The notes under the pieces were generated by a model that saw only the letters and a program-made list of their open reading frames with translations, made no database searches and had not been told where the DNA came from. DNA of 64,000 nucleotides from Neoechinorhynchus agilis (Eukaryota; Animalia; Acanthocephala), in contig CM121342.1 of assembly GCA_051530055.1 (NCBI GenBank), positions 12,663,480-12,727,479 on the forward strand. The letters run 5' to 3'. Within the stretch, counting starts at the first letter, position 1; the number at the start of each line of letters is the position of its first letter. Made by a program: the position numbers and the translations under genes. Positions 40,334 to 52,859 of the stretch are shown here, in pieces.

Positions 40334-40556
40334 TTATCTAAAATCTTTATCTGATTTGTTTGCAAAAGAGATACTCCCGGTCCGCCAGTCGTCGAAACCT
40401 ATAGGTCCTCGAGGAGGACGGCTTTGACGCTGACCAAGGAAATAGGACATAGACTGGTGAAAATAACAAAGGATAATCGCGAACCAATGTTTTTGTGCCA
40501 AAGCAAAAGTCTTGTCGTTCACCGGGTAAATGCCGTACTCTAGCTTGAATAGACAT
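40334..40556 (-). CDS. Possible small two-exon gene 50 nt downstream of DPH5
   Basis: ATG 40556; a candidate 31-nt GT-AG intron joins ORFs 40347-40559 and 40334-40522 (MSIQARVRHLPGERQDF..RPPRGPIGFDDWRTG). No family recognised. Confidence 0.3.
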
Positions 40557-40606
40557 CAATATTATTTTCTCCTGTATTGTTCTCGTCGCGTGCTAATTCA
40601 CAAAAG

Positions 40607-41900
40607 CTATTTATTAACAAGTTCAAGCATTTCTTGCTCAACGTGATGAAGTTCAGGAGCAACGATTATAAGACTGTGAAGTGGACCACCTAAACTAAAG
40701 TCTTGAGCCATATCCCAAAGTGTCTTCATCACAAATCTTTGCTCTGTTTGATTGCAAACTCGAAGTGCAGCTACACATAGCCAATCACATAATGATGATG
40801 ATGATGATTGCTGTATATCGATTTCAAGGATCTGTTTAGCAGCCTCCTGACAAGTCATGAAGCTGGTTGATCGATTTGCTTTAGCTGCAGTAATTCCTCT
40901 AATTTCAAATAAAAAAGTTGTCTTGTCGATAAACACTAACTTTGAAGGGACTATGGACCAATCAATTTCGTTCATCCTAATGTCTAAACAATCTCACAAA
41001 AAATGATTGGTCTCGTATATAGAACTCACCCAACAGACAAAGAGTGTGAAGTCCACTCTCTCGATTGCGCATTATTTTCGCCAGGAAACTATTCGGTTTC
41101 CAAGTTTCAGTCCATAGCGGAATGGAAACGGTTTCCCCAAATCTGTATAGCTGGAAAGTATGCTCCATGCGCAAAAGCTGCAATTTCTTTAAAGATACGA
41201 ACTTGAAGTCCACAACTTGCGATGGCGTTAATAATGGAGGCATTGTGCACCACTTCACATTTTACACACACTCTCAAGTGATCAATCTCGAATAAATTTT
41301 ATTAAAATAAGAAAATGTGTTGGTCGTGATTAAATTTGTTGTTTCAGCCTTCGCTCGGCATGGACCCCGACGAGGCGAAAATTTCTTTATTATAAAACGT
41401 TCTCAACCGGACGAAGACCAAAAGAACAGAAATAAAAATATTGAACAACGGTTGCCGCAAACGAAATTGACCACTATTGAGCGAGTATCTGAGCTTTTTG
41501 TGCTCTAAGAAAAAGGTCACAATGTGTCGTAGCAGCGAACGGATCTCCAACAACTAAAAATGAAACAGTACCATCTCCTCGAGCTTCGTTCAGGATGACA
41601 TCTACACATAAAAAACTCAACAAAAAAACTCACCTTAATGAATTACCTGAATTATGCTCGACCATTTCTCTATCTGCCACAATAACCCCTTTAACACCAT
41701 ATTCAGTTTCCTTTTAAATGGTCGTAAAACACGATGGACGATGTTGAATAAAAAGAAATTACAAGATCTGAGATCGAAAAGTTTGGCATTATGGACGTAT
41801 AAGCTTCCAGGAAGATTTTATCGCTCTTTTGGACATACTTGAGACCACGAACAGTTATGTCATCCGGGCAGCCTAATCCTAATCCAATGAAATAAAGCAT
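40607..41900 (-). CDS. DPH5: Diphthine methyl ester synthase
   Basis: [71 protein letters not shown]. Five GT-AG introns (41711-41762, 41602-41646, 41151-41202, 40984-41029, 40899-40940) plus one 223-nt non-canonical gap. Confidence 0.96.
41263..41488 (-). other. Non-canonical 223-nt interruption with terminal inverted repeats in DPH5
   Basis: Arms 41266-41290 and 41462-41488; in-frame TAG at 41474; no GT donor available. Removal gives LRAQKAQ(I/V)KCEVVHNAS. Confidence 0.82.
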
Positions 41901-42419
41901 TCTTATTTTATCTTCAATAAATCTTGAACGGAAAATTGAAGGATTTTTTAATATGTGAAAGTGGAAAAAATTATACATCCAAGAATCACTTTAATTGGAA
42001 TTTTTTCGTCCAGTCACGCTGGACTTCTTCACCCTCTTGAATAACCTTGATAAATATTAGACTTAACAAACTCCTTCATTTTTTCCGTCATTAAAAACAA
42101 AAGAATGCCTTAAATACGAACTTTCATGGACTGACACATTAAGTGACGTAAAAAAGACATAAAAGAATGAAAGACGGAAGAATAGAGTCTAGCAGTCACG
42201 TGTATATAAACGAAGTGCGACGAATTCTTCGTTCTGTTTCCCGATAGGTCGATGGTTGTTTTGTTCGCTTTACTGTTGTGAATTCAGCCTTGTACATAGG
42301 TGCGTTTTCCCACCACTCGGGAATGGGTGTAATTTCTATGGCGATCAATCGAATGTAATTTCCACTCCAGTAGGAATGCAAAAAGCTTTTGCATTCCTAC
42401 TGAAGCTGATGAAGCAAAA

Positions 42420-42573
42420 TAAAATTGAGGGTGCTGACTACTGGGCAGTTAGGTCCGTGAACTCTAGGACACCGATAATGTACCTATTAGCCAAGGTACA
42501 CAAATGTCCGTTTAAGTTCAGACCAATAGTTGCGGCTCAAACATCATTTTGCGCAATTTCTACTGTTAATTGA
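42420..42573 (+). mobile_element. Penelope-like RT N-terminal fragment
   Basis: TPIMYLLAKVHKCPFKFRPIVA resembles the Penelope P..Y.LPK.HK...RPIV motif. Confidence 0.6.
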
Positions 42574-43340
42574 GTGCAGAGCTATTTATTCAGTTTCATA
42601 TAATTATTTTTATCTTTTAGTTGGTTTCGAGTTCGTATATTGAAATTAGAAGATGAACGTGACTGTTTCTTTTTTGTGATAACTATTCGTTGTATTCTTT
42701 GGAGAAAGAGATTGTTTATCGATATGTATCCTAAAGTGATTTTTTCGAATTTTGCACCGATCGTTTGGCATCGACTGACGTGATTATTTTTAGTTAAGTA
42801 GTAAAAAGAGCGCGTTTTAGTTATGGTAGCAAATTATCGCTTTTGGATTTTTCTACTACTTTTAAAATGATTGAAGGTTTTCTCTTTTGTTAAACCATTA
42901 AATTTTATTTGTTGATTGAAATTTGAATCACGAATCTCAATATTTCTCATTGGCTCGAATGTAGATTCTTGTGATTTGCACGAAAACTCAGCTTTCTATT
43001 GGCTGGGGCATGTTTCAATCGTAATCTCATAGTTTAGTTGAGTATCAACTGAAAGTTCATCTAAGTAATTTTGGATTTATTTTTTAGACTAAACAGAATA
43101 CTGACTGGCCTTTTATTCAGTTTTAAGGGCCATTGTTGTGAAAGTGGATGATGGCAAAATATATTATTTTTTGTCTGAAATTTTAAACATCATTTGGATC
43201 ATTTATTTTGCAATAATCATTGACGAGGCACTTTACGAAAGACACAATTCTCTTGCGAATCCTAGGAGCGACAACATATTATTTGCTTTCGATTGTTCTT
43301 TCAAGCGATATTTATTCGCTCTTTTTGGTTACAATCAGAT

Positions 43341-43524
43341 TTATAGTTTCAGTTTTAATTAGCGACGTTTGATTCAGAAATAGATTTATCTTGAAAATTT
43401 TTCGGTCCTTTCGTTGTCTGCAAACAATTGGCTGGAGAAGGCCGACGAAAAGGCCGACGAAAAGGCCGAAAATTTTCAAGATAAATCTATTTCTGAATCC
43501 AACATCGCTAATTGAAACTATAAT
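43341..43524. mobile_element. MITE, same family as the lamin insertion
   Basis: Inverted arms TTATAGTTTC..TAGCGA..TCAGAAATAGATTTATCTTGAAAATTT / AAATTTTCAAGATAAATCTATTTCTGAA..TCGCTA..GAAACTATAA; shares GAAGGCC.ACGAAAAGGCCGAAAATTTTCAA with 57917-57950. Confidence 0.85.
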
Positions 43525-44295
43525 GAATAATTTCTTTACAATTCAAATTTATCTTTATACATGAACGTACGCCGTACATATCTTTTTGATGAATTAAATT
43601 CCAAATTGGTTTGTGTGTGCGTTTTATTACGCCTATAATTATTTTTTGTGCAGCTTTAACGATATATTAAAAATGACGGCATATAGTACGTATTCAAAGT
43701 CAAGAAAATATAAAAATTTCAAAAATATGCTATTTGCTTCTATGGTTAATAATCGTATTGGTATTTTTTACGTCATCTCATAGCATTTAAATTAGCTGGA
43801 TACAATTTGAATGCAAAATTTCAATCTAAAATTCTGCGTTACTCATTTTCGTAATGCGCATTGTAAAAAAGTTTTGCGATTGTGAGAATATCCAGTCGAA
43901 ATCATGTCTTTTATGTTGGGTGACCTTGGTAAGCTCCTTTTTTCCAAACTGTTCTCAAATTTGTTCTGATGGTCAAACAGACATTCTCATAGCTGCTTAT
44001 ATCCAGCGTAAAAAATTAAAAGAATTTATTGATCTCAATATTTCGGCGCACAATCTTTTTGTACGCGTTTATCAATGTTGTTTCGCGAGTTGACGTTGAA
44101 GCTCCGTACTTCCAAACAATTTTGAAGAAGTCCCACACGTAGAGAACGAAATATTGAATTACTTCGCCTTGTAAAAATGAACTAGGAAGGAGCTTACAAG
44201 TTTGTCTCGATACACGCATGGTTATGTTCTTCATATTTTAGTTGATTGGTCTTTTCGACATCTTCCTTTTTCGGCTTGACTTTATCATTCACTTT

Positions 44296-44492
44296 CACAC
44301 AACGGAGGCGCTTAGCCGTACTCGAAGGAGCAGGGCAAACCCTCTTTTTTGGGGGCCGATGGGCGATCTCAAAACCTGACCCCACCCCCTTCCAGCAGCC
44401 TTGCACACCCGTGGAACTCAGCGACCGGTGGCGTTGAACCTTCGGCATAACAAGCGCATTGAGAACGCGCACACCAAACGGCCACTGGGCCC
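44296..44492 (-). mobile_element. tRNA-derived SINE family B, copy 2
   Basis: Minus strand GGCCCAGTGGCCGTTTGG...GGTTCAACGCC; homologous to 12442-12632. Confidence 0.7.
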
Positions 44493-45020
44493 AAATGAAC
44501 TGTGTACAACTATTCACAATCGCCTATTGTGGTAAGCGAAGGTTGTATTTTTTAAGATCACGTTTTATTTTAAAAAATGGACACTTTCACGCGTTTTTGT
44601 AGATTCCTGAGCTTAAGTTGTAAGACGGCAAAAGCTAGGAAATAAAGATTTTCCTTTTTTGTCATCACAACAGCCTTCGCTTTCATGCGTGCATTTCCCA
44701 AAAAAAATGGCTGGAAAATCTTAGTATTTCACAAGATTTTTTAATAAGCAAAGAAGAGGTGTAACAATTGAGGAGCAATTTTATCAATGAAGATATCTCC
44801 AAGTTTTTTGCAGTACGCGACATCGAAAATGTTTGATAAAAAAGCATTTTTAAATGTTTTTTACTTGCAAGCCGGTTCTATTGATTCTGATTTGTGTGAT
44901 CCCTTCCTCAGTTTCTTTAGTTTTCCTTCTTGTCACGTATCCACACCGATCTCTTACATCAGAAAAGTGATTGAATCACTTAGACTCTCAAAAACACACG
45001 GTAAAGAGTTTGTGCATCCC

Positions 45021-45162
45021 TCCGGATCCTCAGATACCTCCCGAGGAGGCGTGACTCATCAGTGGGTTTCCTCCCTTCAGCAGCAGTTCGTCCGCTTTTG
45101 GTTGTGGGTCATTGGCGATCGTCGATTTGAACCTTGAAACAGGGATTCAGGACTTGTGGCTT
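45021..45162 (-). mobile_element. tRNA-derived SINE family A, copy 4 (5' degraded)
   Basis: Shares CCGGATCCTCAGATACCTCC...CATCAGTG...TTTGGTTGTG with the other copies. Confidence 0.7.
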
Positions 45163-45444
45163 CATGCCAAGAAGGAAAAACTAAAAAGCCGAGGAAGGGA
45201 TGTCCTAAATCAAAAAAGCATTTATGAACTTGCACGTATAATCCAAGGCGAGTTCTCTGTATGTAAACGTTTAAGTAGAATCGTGTTATGTGTACAAAAA
45301 AGAGCATGATCACCCATTAATCACGTTGTTTAAAGTGGACACCGCGCCAGATGATATAAGCTGTTCATGGCATGTTGAGTTGTTGACGAACTGGATTTCG
45401 AACGAGCGCTCAGGTTTTAATGCTCGTTACCGCACGCCCAGTGA

Positions 45445-48276
45445 TTATCTATTTCTGTTATCCGTTTCTATATTGGCGGCAGTTGATCGATTATCGCGTG
45501 CGGCGGACGCTGGGTGATGGTATCCAGCTCTCATCCTCCTCGCTCGTTCCTTTTGTTTGAACCAAAGTTCGTGGCATTGGTGATCGTCAGGAATCACGGG
45601 AAGAGGAATATGATCTGGATCGACATTTTTGAGAAACTCCGATTCAAGGGCACCATGAGCACTTTGTCGAAGACTAGGTGTCCATGTGAGTAAATGATCG
45701 AATAGATTGAGAGCAGGTTCAGATAGGTGATGAAAGTCTTGTCTCAGTCGACGCATGTACTGATTTCGAAGTCGGAATTTGTTATAGTTTGGAAGTCCTT
45801 CGATGTTCCTATAAGCCCAGGGTCCAATATACGGACTTCCGCACAGTTTCGAAATCGCCTCAAGCAATCCAAATTCATCGTTCGCTCTGAAGAGAGGCCT
45901 TCGAACAATCAATTCTCCCATGATGCATCCGCAGCTCCATATGTCCACTGGAGGACCATAGCATTCCTCGCCAAATGCTAGCTCCGGCGCGCGATACCAC
46001 AAAGTGACGACTCGATTAGTATAGGGACGAACAACTCCAATGGCATACACACGAGCCAACCCAAAGTCCGCAATCTTTATTTGGCCGTGCTTTGTCATCA
46101 AAATATTTGAGCACTTGAGGTCTCGGTGGATAATGCCTTTTTGATGGCAATGGTCGATTCCAAGCAAGATCTGCTTCATCAATGAAGCAACTTGTACTTC
46201 GCTGAATTCTATGAGGCCTGAGGAAATGAGACCACAGAGATCGTGATCGCAGTATTCGAAGACCAAGAAGAAGCTGGTAGCCGGGCGTTGACCATTCAGC
46301 ACGCTTTCCTTATCCGGATTGCGGTACTCGGCTGTTATGTTCAGAAGATTCACAATGTTCGGATTTCGAAGTTGTCGCAGAATGTGTATCTCACGGATTG
46401 TATTGATATGGAACCCTTCCTGCTCGTTATCGCATTGTACCCGCTTCATTGCAACAAATCGAAAATCAGTACTGTCTATCGCTTTGTAGACTTTCCCATA
46501 CGTACCTTCGCCTATCTTATGCAATACCCTATATGAACATAATGAACGCTCACCGAAGTCGTTCTTTCGAAAACGAGATGCTCGCTTACTGCAATCCGGT
46601 TCATCCTTCAAAGAATGTTCAATGAGTTAAATCACGAACAAAAAATGTGGATAATCTCAAAAACGAAGAGGATAAATTCCTCCACTAGCAGGTTAGATAA
46701 ATAACTCGTTTCATTTTAGATTTATGGTCATGTGCAGCTCGAGTTCTTGTAAAATGACTTAAAAACCTTTTCCCAAATGTATGCGCTCTGAGAATACGCG
46801 CACTCACTAAAGTACTAGAAGATTTGATTTCAAATTAATTCTTTTTTAAAAAATTTTCATCGTATGTCTCTGAATTTAATCGTAAAATTTTGTTTTAGAA
46901 AGTACTACCAAATTTGTTGAAATTTCTCAAGTTTTGCTCGTTTTTTGGCGATCATTTGAAGAATGATAAAGAGAAATGATTTCTGGATTTGGAGATGTGG
47001 TGATCACCGGATGCAACATATTGAATGGAATGATCTCTCGTGGGTCCCCTAACATCATCAGTCATCTAAAAAGACTTTCCCGAACCTCGAGGACGATGAT
47101 CCTGCTTACCCGAGCCATCTTTTTCGATGATAATTCAATATGTTTTATCCGAAGACCACCAAATTTCCAACTTGATTAGAAGAATGTCTTGCAAAGGCGG
47201 TAAGAAATCTTTAACAAAACCCATTGCTCAGCTTAGTTAGAAGCTCCGGCGTCTCAAATGGTAAAACTTTAGTTTTTAGAAAAAGAAGATGGCCACTGCA
47301 TCTCCCCCCTGCCTTTTCTGAATGACCCTGACCGACGATATCGAACCACTTGAGCACCACTTGTTGCCTCGAGGAAACGCGTTGCTTCACGGCATCCGCT
47401 CTTCCAACAACCGTCGAAGCATTGAGTGGCGTCGTTCTCACCAATTGTCCTCCACAGTCGTCGTTTGCTTGTCCATCTATTCTCAATCGTTTATTAGATC
47501 GGAATTCGGCATCGGAAGTCACATTTATATTGTCATTGTGCTGCTTCTCGAATTCATTGACGGAACTCGACTTTCTTATGCGGTCCTCAGTAGCGTCTGC
47601 TTTCAAGGATGTTGGTTAGTCTCAGGCGAACAATTAGAGGAAAACCTACATTCCTTTTGTTTTTCTCTCTTCAGTCCAGCTCGTTCCGATGGACACAAAT
47701 GGCTTTTGGCGGAAATTGCATACCTATCAAAAGAGAAGTTGAATGTCATTCTAACGTCAAAGTTTTTCTTTGAAGGGCTCACTTCTTCAGTGACCGAATT
47801 CTTCCTTAGTCTGGGCAATGGTCATTCGTGTGCACGCGCGTGTGTATTCGTAAAGGAATTTTAGAAGGGTTTTTGTATGTCACGATATGAAAAGGTCTTT
47901 TTTTTGTGTCCGCGAAACTGAACATTGTGTCATCTCGACACAAAAGAACGCCCATCGATTTCGACCGAACTAACCTTTTTGTTCGAACATTGCGTTCGCC
48001 GTTCGCCGTTCGTTTCGAATTACGTCGATAGTCGTCCTTCGCAGATTCATTACTTGACTCAAACGAGTCATCTTCCTGGCTAGAACCATCATCGACATAA
48101 AAGGTCCGTCTTCTTTTGTGCTTACGATGATGACGGTGGTGCGGAGAAGAGGTGGGGCGGTGCTTGCGTGATTTGTGATGCTCCGAGGCGGGCTGAGGCG
48201 TGGCCGGAATCTCGCCTTCCGATAACTGATCCTGTGTATCGCTCCCTCCCGCCGCTGCTGCTGCTGAATGGCTCAT
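45445..48276 (-). CDS. CDK12: Cyclin-dependent kinase 12/13-like
   Basis: IGEGTYGKVYKA, EGFHINTIREI, HRDLKCSNIL, DFGLAR, PYTNRVVTLWYRAPEL; basic/RS-like N-terminal exons (HHRHHRKHKRRR). Middle exons unresolved; CDK12 versus CDK13 not separable. Confidence 0.85.
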
Positions 48277-49082
48277 TCTCTCAATACGGTCAAAATGGGC
48301 GTAACAGCGGCTCAATACGACGACGGTGAAGCCGAAGAAGCGGATGCTCGAGAAACGGGCGTTTGTCGAGTACGGAAGAATAGGAGTGCACGAAAATGAT
48401 TCGCTTCTGTTTGCAATCGATAACAATTCGCTCATATCGATTTCAATCAAAAGGTCACATGCGTATCGTGGAAAGTTCGAAGCTTGCGCTCTCTCTATTT
48501 GACCTCGTAAATCAAAATCGCTCTTGGAAATTTAAACAATAAATTGCTTTGCTAGCTCTCGATAGAGCTCGGTACTGAATCTCATACTTCATCGTCATTG
48601 CACCATTTTAGCGTCAAATTATGATATGGTCAAAAACAACGGCTTAATCGATGAATTTTTCCATATACCCGAACTCTACTTATACCGCCGCCTTTTTGAT
48701 CGATTTTGTCCATAATATCTCTTTTGAAATCATTTAAGATCCTATTTTTGCTCTGTATCTAAAAGTATTCAGCATATGCTGCCTATCTTTAAGAGCCATA
48801 ATTATACGGTTCTGTTTTCATATTTGATCACCTTTTTTGAAATGAATCCAGTATTGGTTTAATCTTTTGCCATCTTTCTTATGAAAAAGCTTTGAACTTC
48901 TGTTGTTATAAAGAGAATCAGAGATTTTGCAGCGAAAAAAACGAAGGTCTACAATGCTTAAGAGATCAAATATTAATCCATTAAGAAATGAGCCAATTAA
49001 ACTGATATTCGAGCGCACGCTCAGCCAGGTTACTTATTACAAAACCTTTTGTTTTCAATTATTTTTTTACAACGATTACAAT

Positions 49083-49230
49083 TTATTCATGTGAACTTCT
49101 TAACGTTGCCAGTATACTGGCAGCGTTCCCTCGCTGTATCGCAATTGCGATTCGTTGAGCGAGGAAATTTCTAGAGCGCGGTTCCCCCGTCATCCTTTTC
49201 GTCCTTCGTCCCAATTCGTCGAAAGAATTG
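49083..49230 (-). mobile_element. CRE-clade retrotransposon 3' fragment
   Basis: TGEPRSRNFLAQRIAIAIQRGNAASILATL. Confidence 0.75.
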
Positions 49231-50099
49231 TTCACCCACACAACGACGACCATTATCCATAGTCTAATTTTTGCCTGTTTCCTACTGTAAAAATTTGTGC
49301 ACCTTTGCCCTTGGGTTTTAGAGCGAAAGATAGTTCGCATCTTCCAATAATTTAAAAGCCAAACTTCAAATCGCATGCTAGCATTTAAGGACGCGTTCAA
49401 TTTAATTATGGTTAAGCCCGTAAACCTATTTCTTGTTGCTAAAACTGCTTTTGTCCGTTTTTTTCATTTGAAACGTCGAAACTGTCCTGGATGCTAAAAT
49501 ACTGCCCTCTATCGTAAACCTAAAGAAACAAATGAGCGAGGATAGGACGATATGCAGGGAATGTTTGATACAGGACTAAGGAAAGACCTAAATGCTCTTC
49601 AGAGTACAGAAAAAGTATTGGCCGGAGCGGTGCATAGAAAGTCGGATTTTTACGTCATGGATGGCCCATTTGCCTTATTGGCCTAAGGGCGTACGTTTTC
49701 GATGCCAAAATTTATCCGTAGATTCATTAAAATTCACTCTCTCGATCTGAAGATGTATTCTAGAGTATAAAATGTTCGTTACAAAAGCTCATGTTTTAGG
49801 ACCGAATATTGAGGTAAGGACATCTGATGCGATGATGATTTCGTTGACTTGATATCATGCGTTATTAGAGACACCTTCCATATGCAAATCGCTGCGATAT
49901 GTACAATGTTTATCAATATTTGCCACTTTTTCGGTAGAAGAGCATCTAAAATTTTCAAAATTTGCACAGCTGATTTTCCCCCGCTCACCGAATGCCTTAA
50001 TAAAATTTTTATCAAGCAAGCAAAACGCCTCTCTACCCTACCACCACACTTTTTACCAAATTTTATTTCCCTTTTCAAACGAGCAGAACACTCATAATC

Positions 50100-51250
50100 C
50101 TAATTCGTTTCACCCTCCCATACCTCGCACCTCCCTATATCTACGCTCCTTTTTCCACGCTGCCCAAAATGAACCTGAGGAAAGTCCCAATTATTTCCGC
50201 TTTCCGTCCCAATTTTTCGCCGTCCGTCCCAATTACTTTCGCTTTCCGTCCCAGTTACTCTTGTTCTGACGCCTTCCTCTGCATCTACGATACGCTTGTG
50301 CGCCCCCCAATCATGTGCTTCCTTTGGCCTCCCAACCTGGCAACTCGCTTGGATTTCCTCTTTCCTCTCCAACCGCAAACAATATATTCAATGTGGAACT
50401 TCTTGCTCCTCTTCTCTACCCATATTTAAAGGGGTCCCCCAAGGCGCCGTACTTTCCCCTCTCCTCTTTGACATTTTTCTAAATGACCTTCATCCCCTCA
50501 CTCCCCCTACCAAATATTTTCTCTATGCCGATGACCTCACAGTCATTACCATCGCATCTCCGTCTATCTCCCTCTCCACTACCATGGACGAGCTCAACCA
50601 TCTAATTTCCTCGCTCTCCACCCTAAACCTCTCCCTAAATTTATTTAAATCTTTTGAGTTTGTCCCCCACATTTCCAAACGCAACCTTATCCCCGCGCCT
50701 CTCCCTCTCCCCATCCAACGCTCCTCTTCTCCCCGAATACTGGGCGTGATTTTACAAGAAAACCTTAAATACCCAAAACGCTTCACTACAAGATTCAGAG
50801 TCAACATTACAAAAAAATCAATCAATTTACAAAGCAAACCCTCGTCTTTACCTCCTCAAATTCCTATGGCGTCTCGGCGTTTCCCCTAAACACCTTGCCC
50901 ACTTTTATCTCTATGCCATCCTCCCTATCCTTACATACGCTTACCCCACTTTCCTCGCCCTTTCCGCCAATGCTCTCCATTCCCCCGAAACCTTGCACAA
51001 GAGAGCGGCGAGAATATGTGGGAATTCACTTCCTCCCCTCGACGCCCACCTCCACTCCATTTTCTCCAAAAACGCCCTCCCTCTCCTTCAACCCCCTCCA
51101 CAATTTTCTTCCCTCATCTCTAAATACTTGTCTCTAGTAAACACCCTTAACCCCCACCTTTTTCATCCCCTCTCGCTCGTACCACCCTCTACCAAAAATT
51201 TTTCTTCCCTCAAGCCCAATCTTCCCTTAATAACCGGAGAACAAGGAAAG
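50100..51250 (+). mobile_element. Decayed LINE RT fragment (L2/CR1-like)
   Basis: WISSFLSNRKQ, GVPQGAVLSPLLFDIFLNDL, YADDL, RILGVIL. Confidence 0.85.
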
Positions 51251-51480
51251 ACTCCTAATCTGCCATTCTCCGGTATAACTCCAAAGACAAATCCCACCTC
51301 CCTGCCTCAACATCCGACATCCAGACAACTTCAGTAAAGATAGATGCTGACAATTGTATGGATCGTTTTTCTAAATCAATAGAACGTGTTTATTTTAACC
51401 TCACAAGCTCTCCTGTAAAAAATATCCACCAGCCCGACCGCATATTCCCACCCGCCCTGACTCGTAATCCAATCCAAACG

Positions 51481-51960
51481 ATTTTTTAACAACTGAGTAC
51501 TTGGGTGTGGGCGGACAACCCATTAACATCTATAACCACCCTTTCCTTCTCTTCGTTATTTATGAATTTCTCCCCGAAAAGAGACTGAGCAGAAACTAAA
51601 ATAACCTTTTCGGCATTACATGCCATGTCCATATGCACACCTCTCCTATCATCCGGAGGATCATGGGGTTTGGATAATCCCAAAACACTAAAATCGACCG
51701 GAGCGCATTCTTCGACAAACAATTTTTTAACAACTGAGTACTTGGGTGGGGGCAGGCTATCCATTAACATCTATAACCACCCTTTTCTCTTCGTTATTTA
51801 TGAATTTCTCCACAAAAACAGAAGGTGTAGAAACTAAACTAACCTTATCCGCGTCGCATTTAATGTCCAAATCCGCACCTCCACTATCATCCGGAAGATC
51901 AGGGGGTTTGGATAATCCCAAAACATTAGAATCGACCGGAACTTTTTTACGCATAACCTC
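51481..51960. repeat. About 240-bp tandem duplication
   Basis: ATTTTTTAACAACTGAGTACTTGGGTG at 51481 and about 51722; minus-strand ORF fragments of unknown family. Confidence 0.8.
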
Positions 51961-52859
51961 ATCAAGTATCTAGTGAAACTTGTAAGCTTTGAGCGGGTCG
52001 TTTTCTTATTTTTCCATCGCAGCAGTACCAAAACATTAGCTGTTTGAAGATTGAATTGTTCATGTTGATTGTGCCGATATATTGGAATCAATAAATTCCT
52101 TTTATTTTTACGCCAGATGCAAACCCGCTCTTTCCTCCGCATCAATTCGCATTTGAAGGATTGAGCAGTAAAGAAGAAAGAGCGGAGATAAAGCGCTATG
52201 CAATTAGCTGAAGGATGGAAAATGTTGGGGCGACGTGAGTGTTGTAAGTGGTGGACATATAAAAGTATTTAAGATCTTTGGATGAAATTTGAAGGAGCCA
52301 AAGGCACCTAAAAAGATATTTTTAATAGAACCTTTATGTAACGAAATTGATAGATGATTGATAAAAGTATTTAAGATCTTTGGGTGAAATTTGAAGGAGC
52401 CGAAGGCTGTTTTGCTTGTGTAATATTTTCAGGAATGAAAGTTTGATCAAAAGAGTGATATAAAGTGATTCATTAGGCATTGCCACATAAAGATCAGCGA
52501 AAATGATAATAATAACATTTAAAAACTTACAAACAACAAAATCGGTCGAATTTTCCTCCGAAAATAACGCGCTTTTGGAAAACATTGCCTAAAAACTTAC
52601 AAGCACTGGAAAAGGTCAACTTGCAAGCAACGCTGATTTCACGTGCAATAACGGCTTATTGTAGCTTAACAAATACTTTTCAAAAGAAGCAAGTAATACC
52701 TCTAAATAAAACCCGAACGTACAAGCCAAAATCTACAAGCAATCGGCATGCCAACGATTCCACCGCCGTCCCCTCGCTCCACTCGAGACTTAACTATCTC
52801 AGCAAACCACCATTCGCCGCACGTCGCACCGCCCACGTCCGACGCTGCGCCTCAACGTG

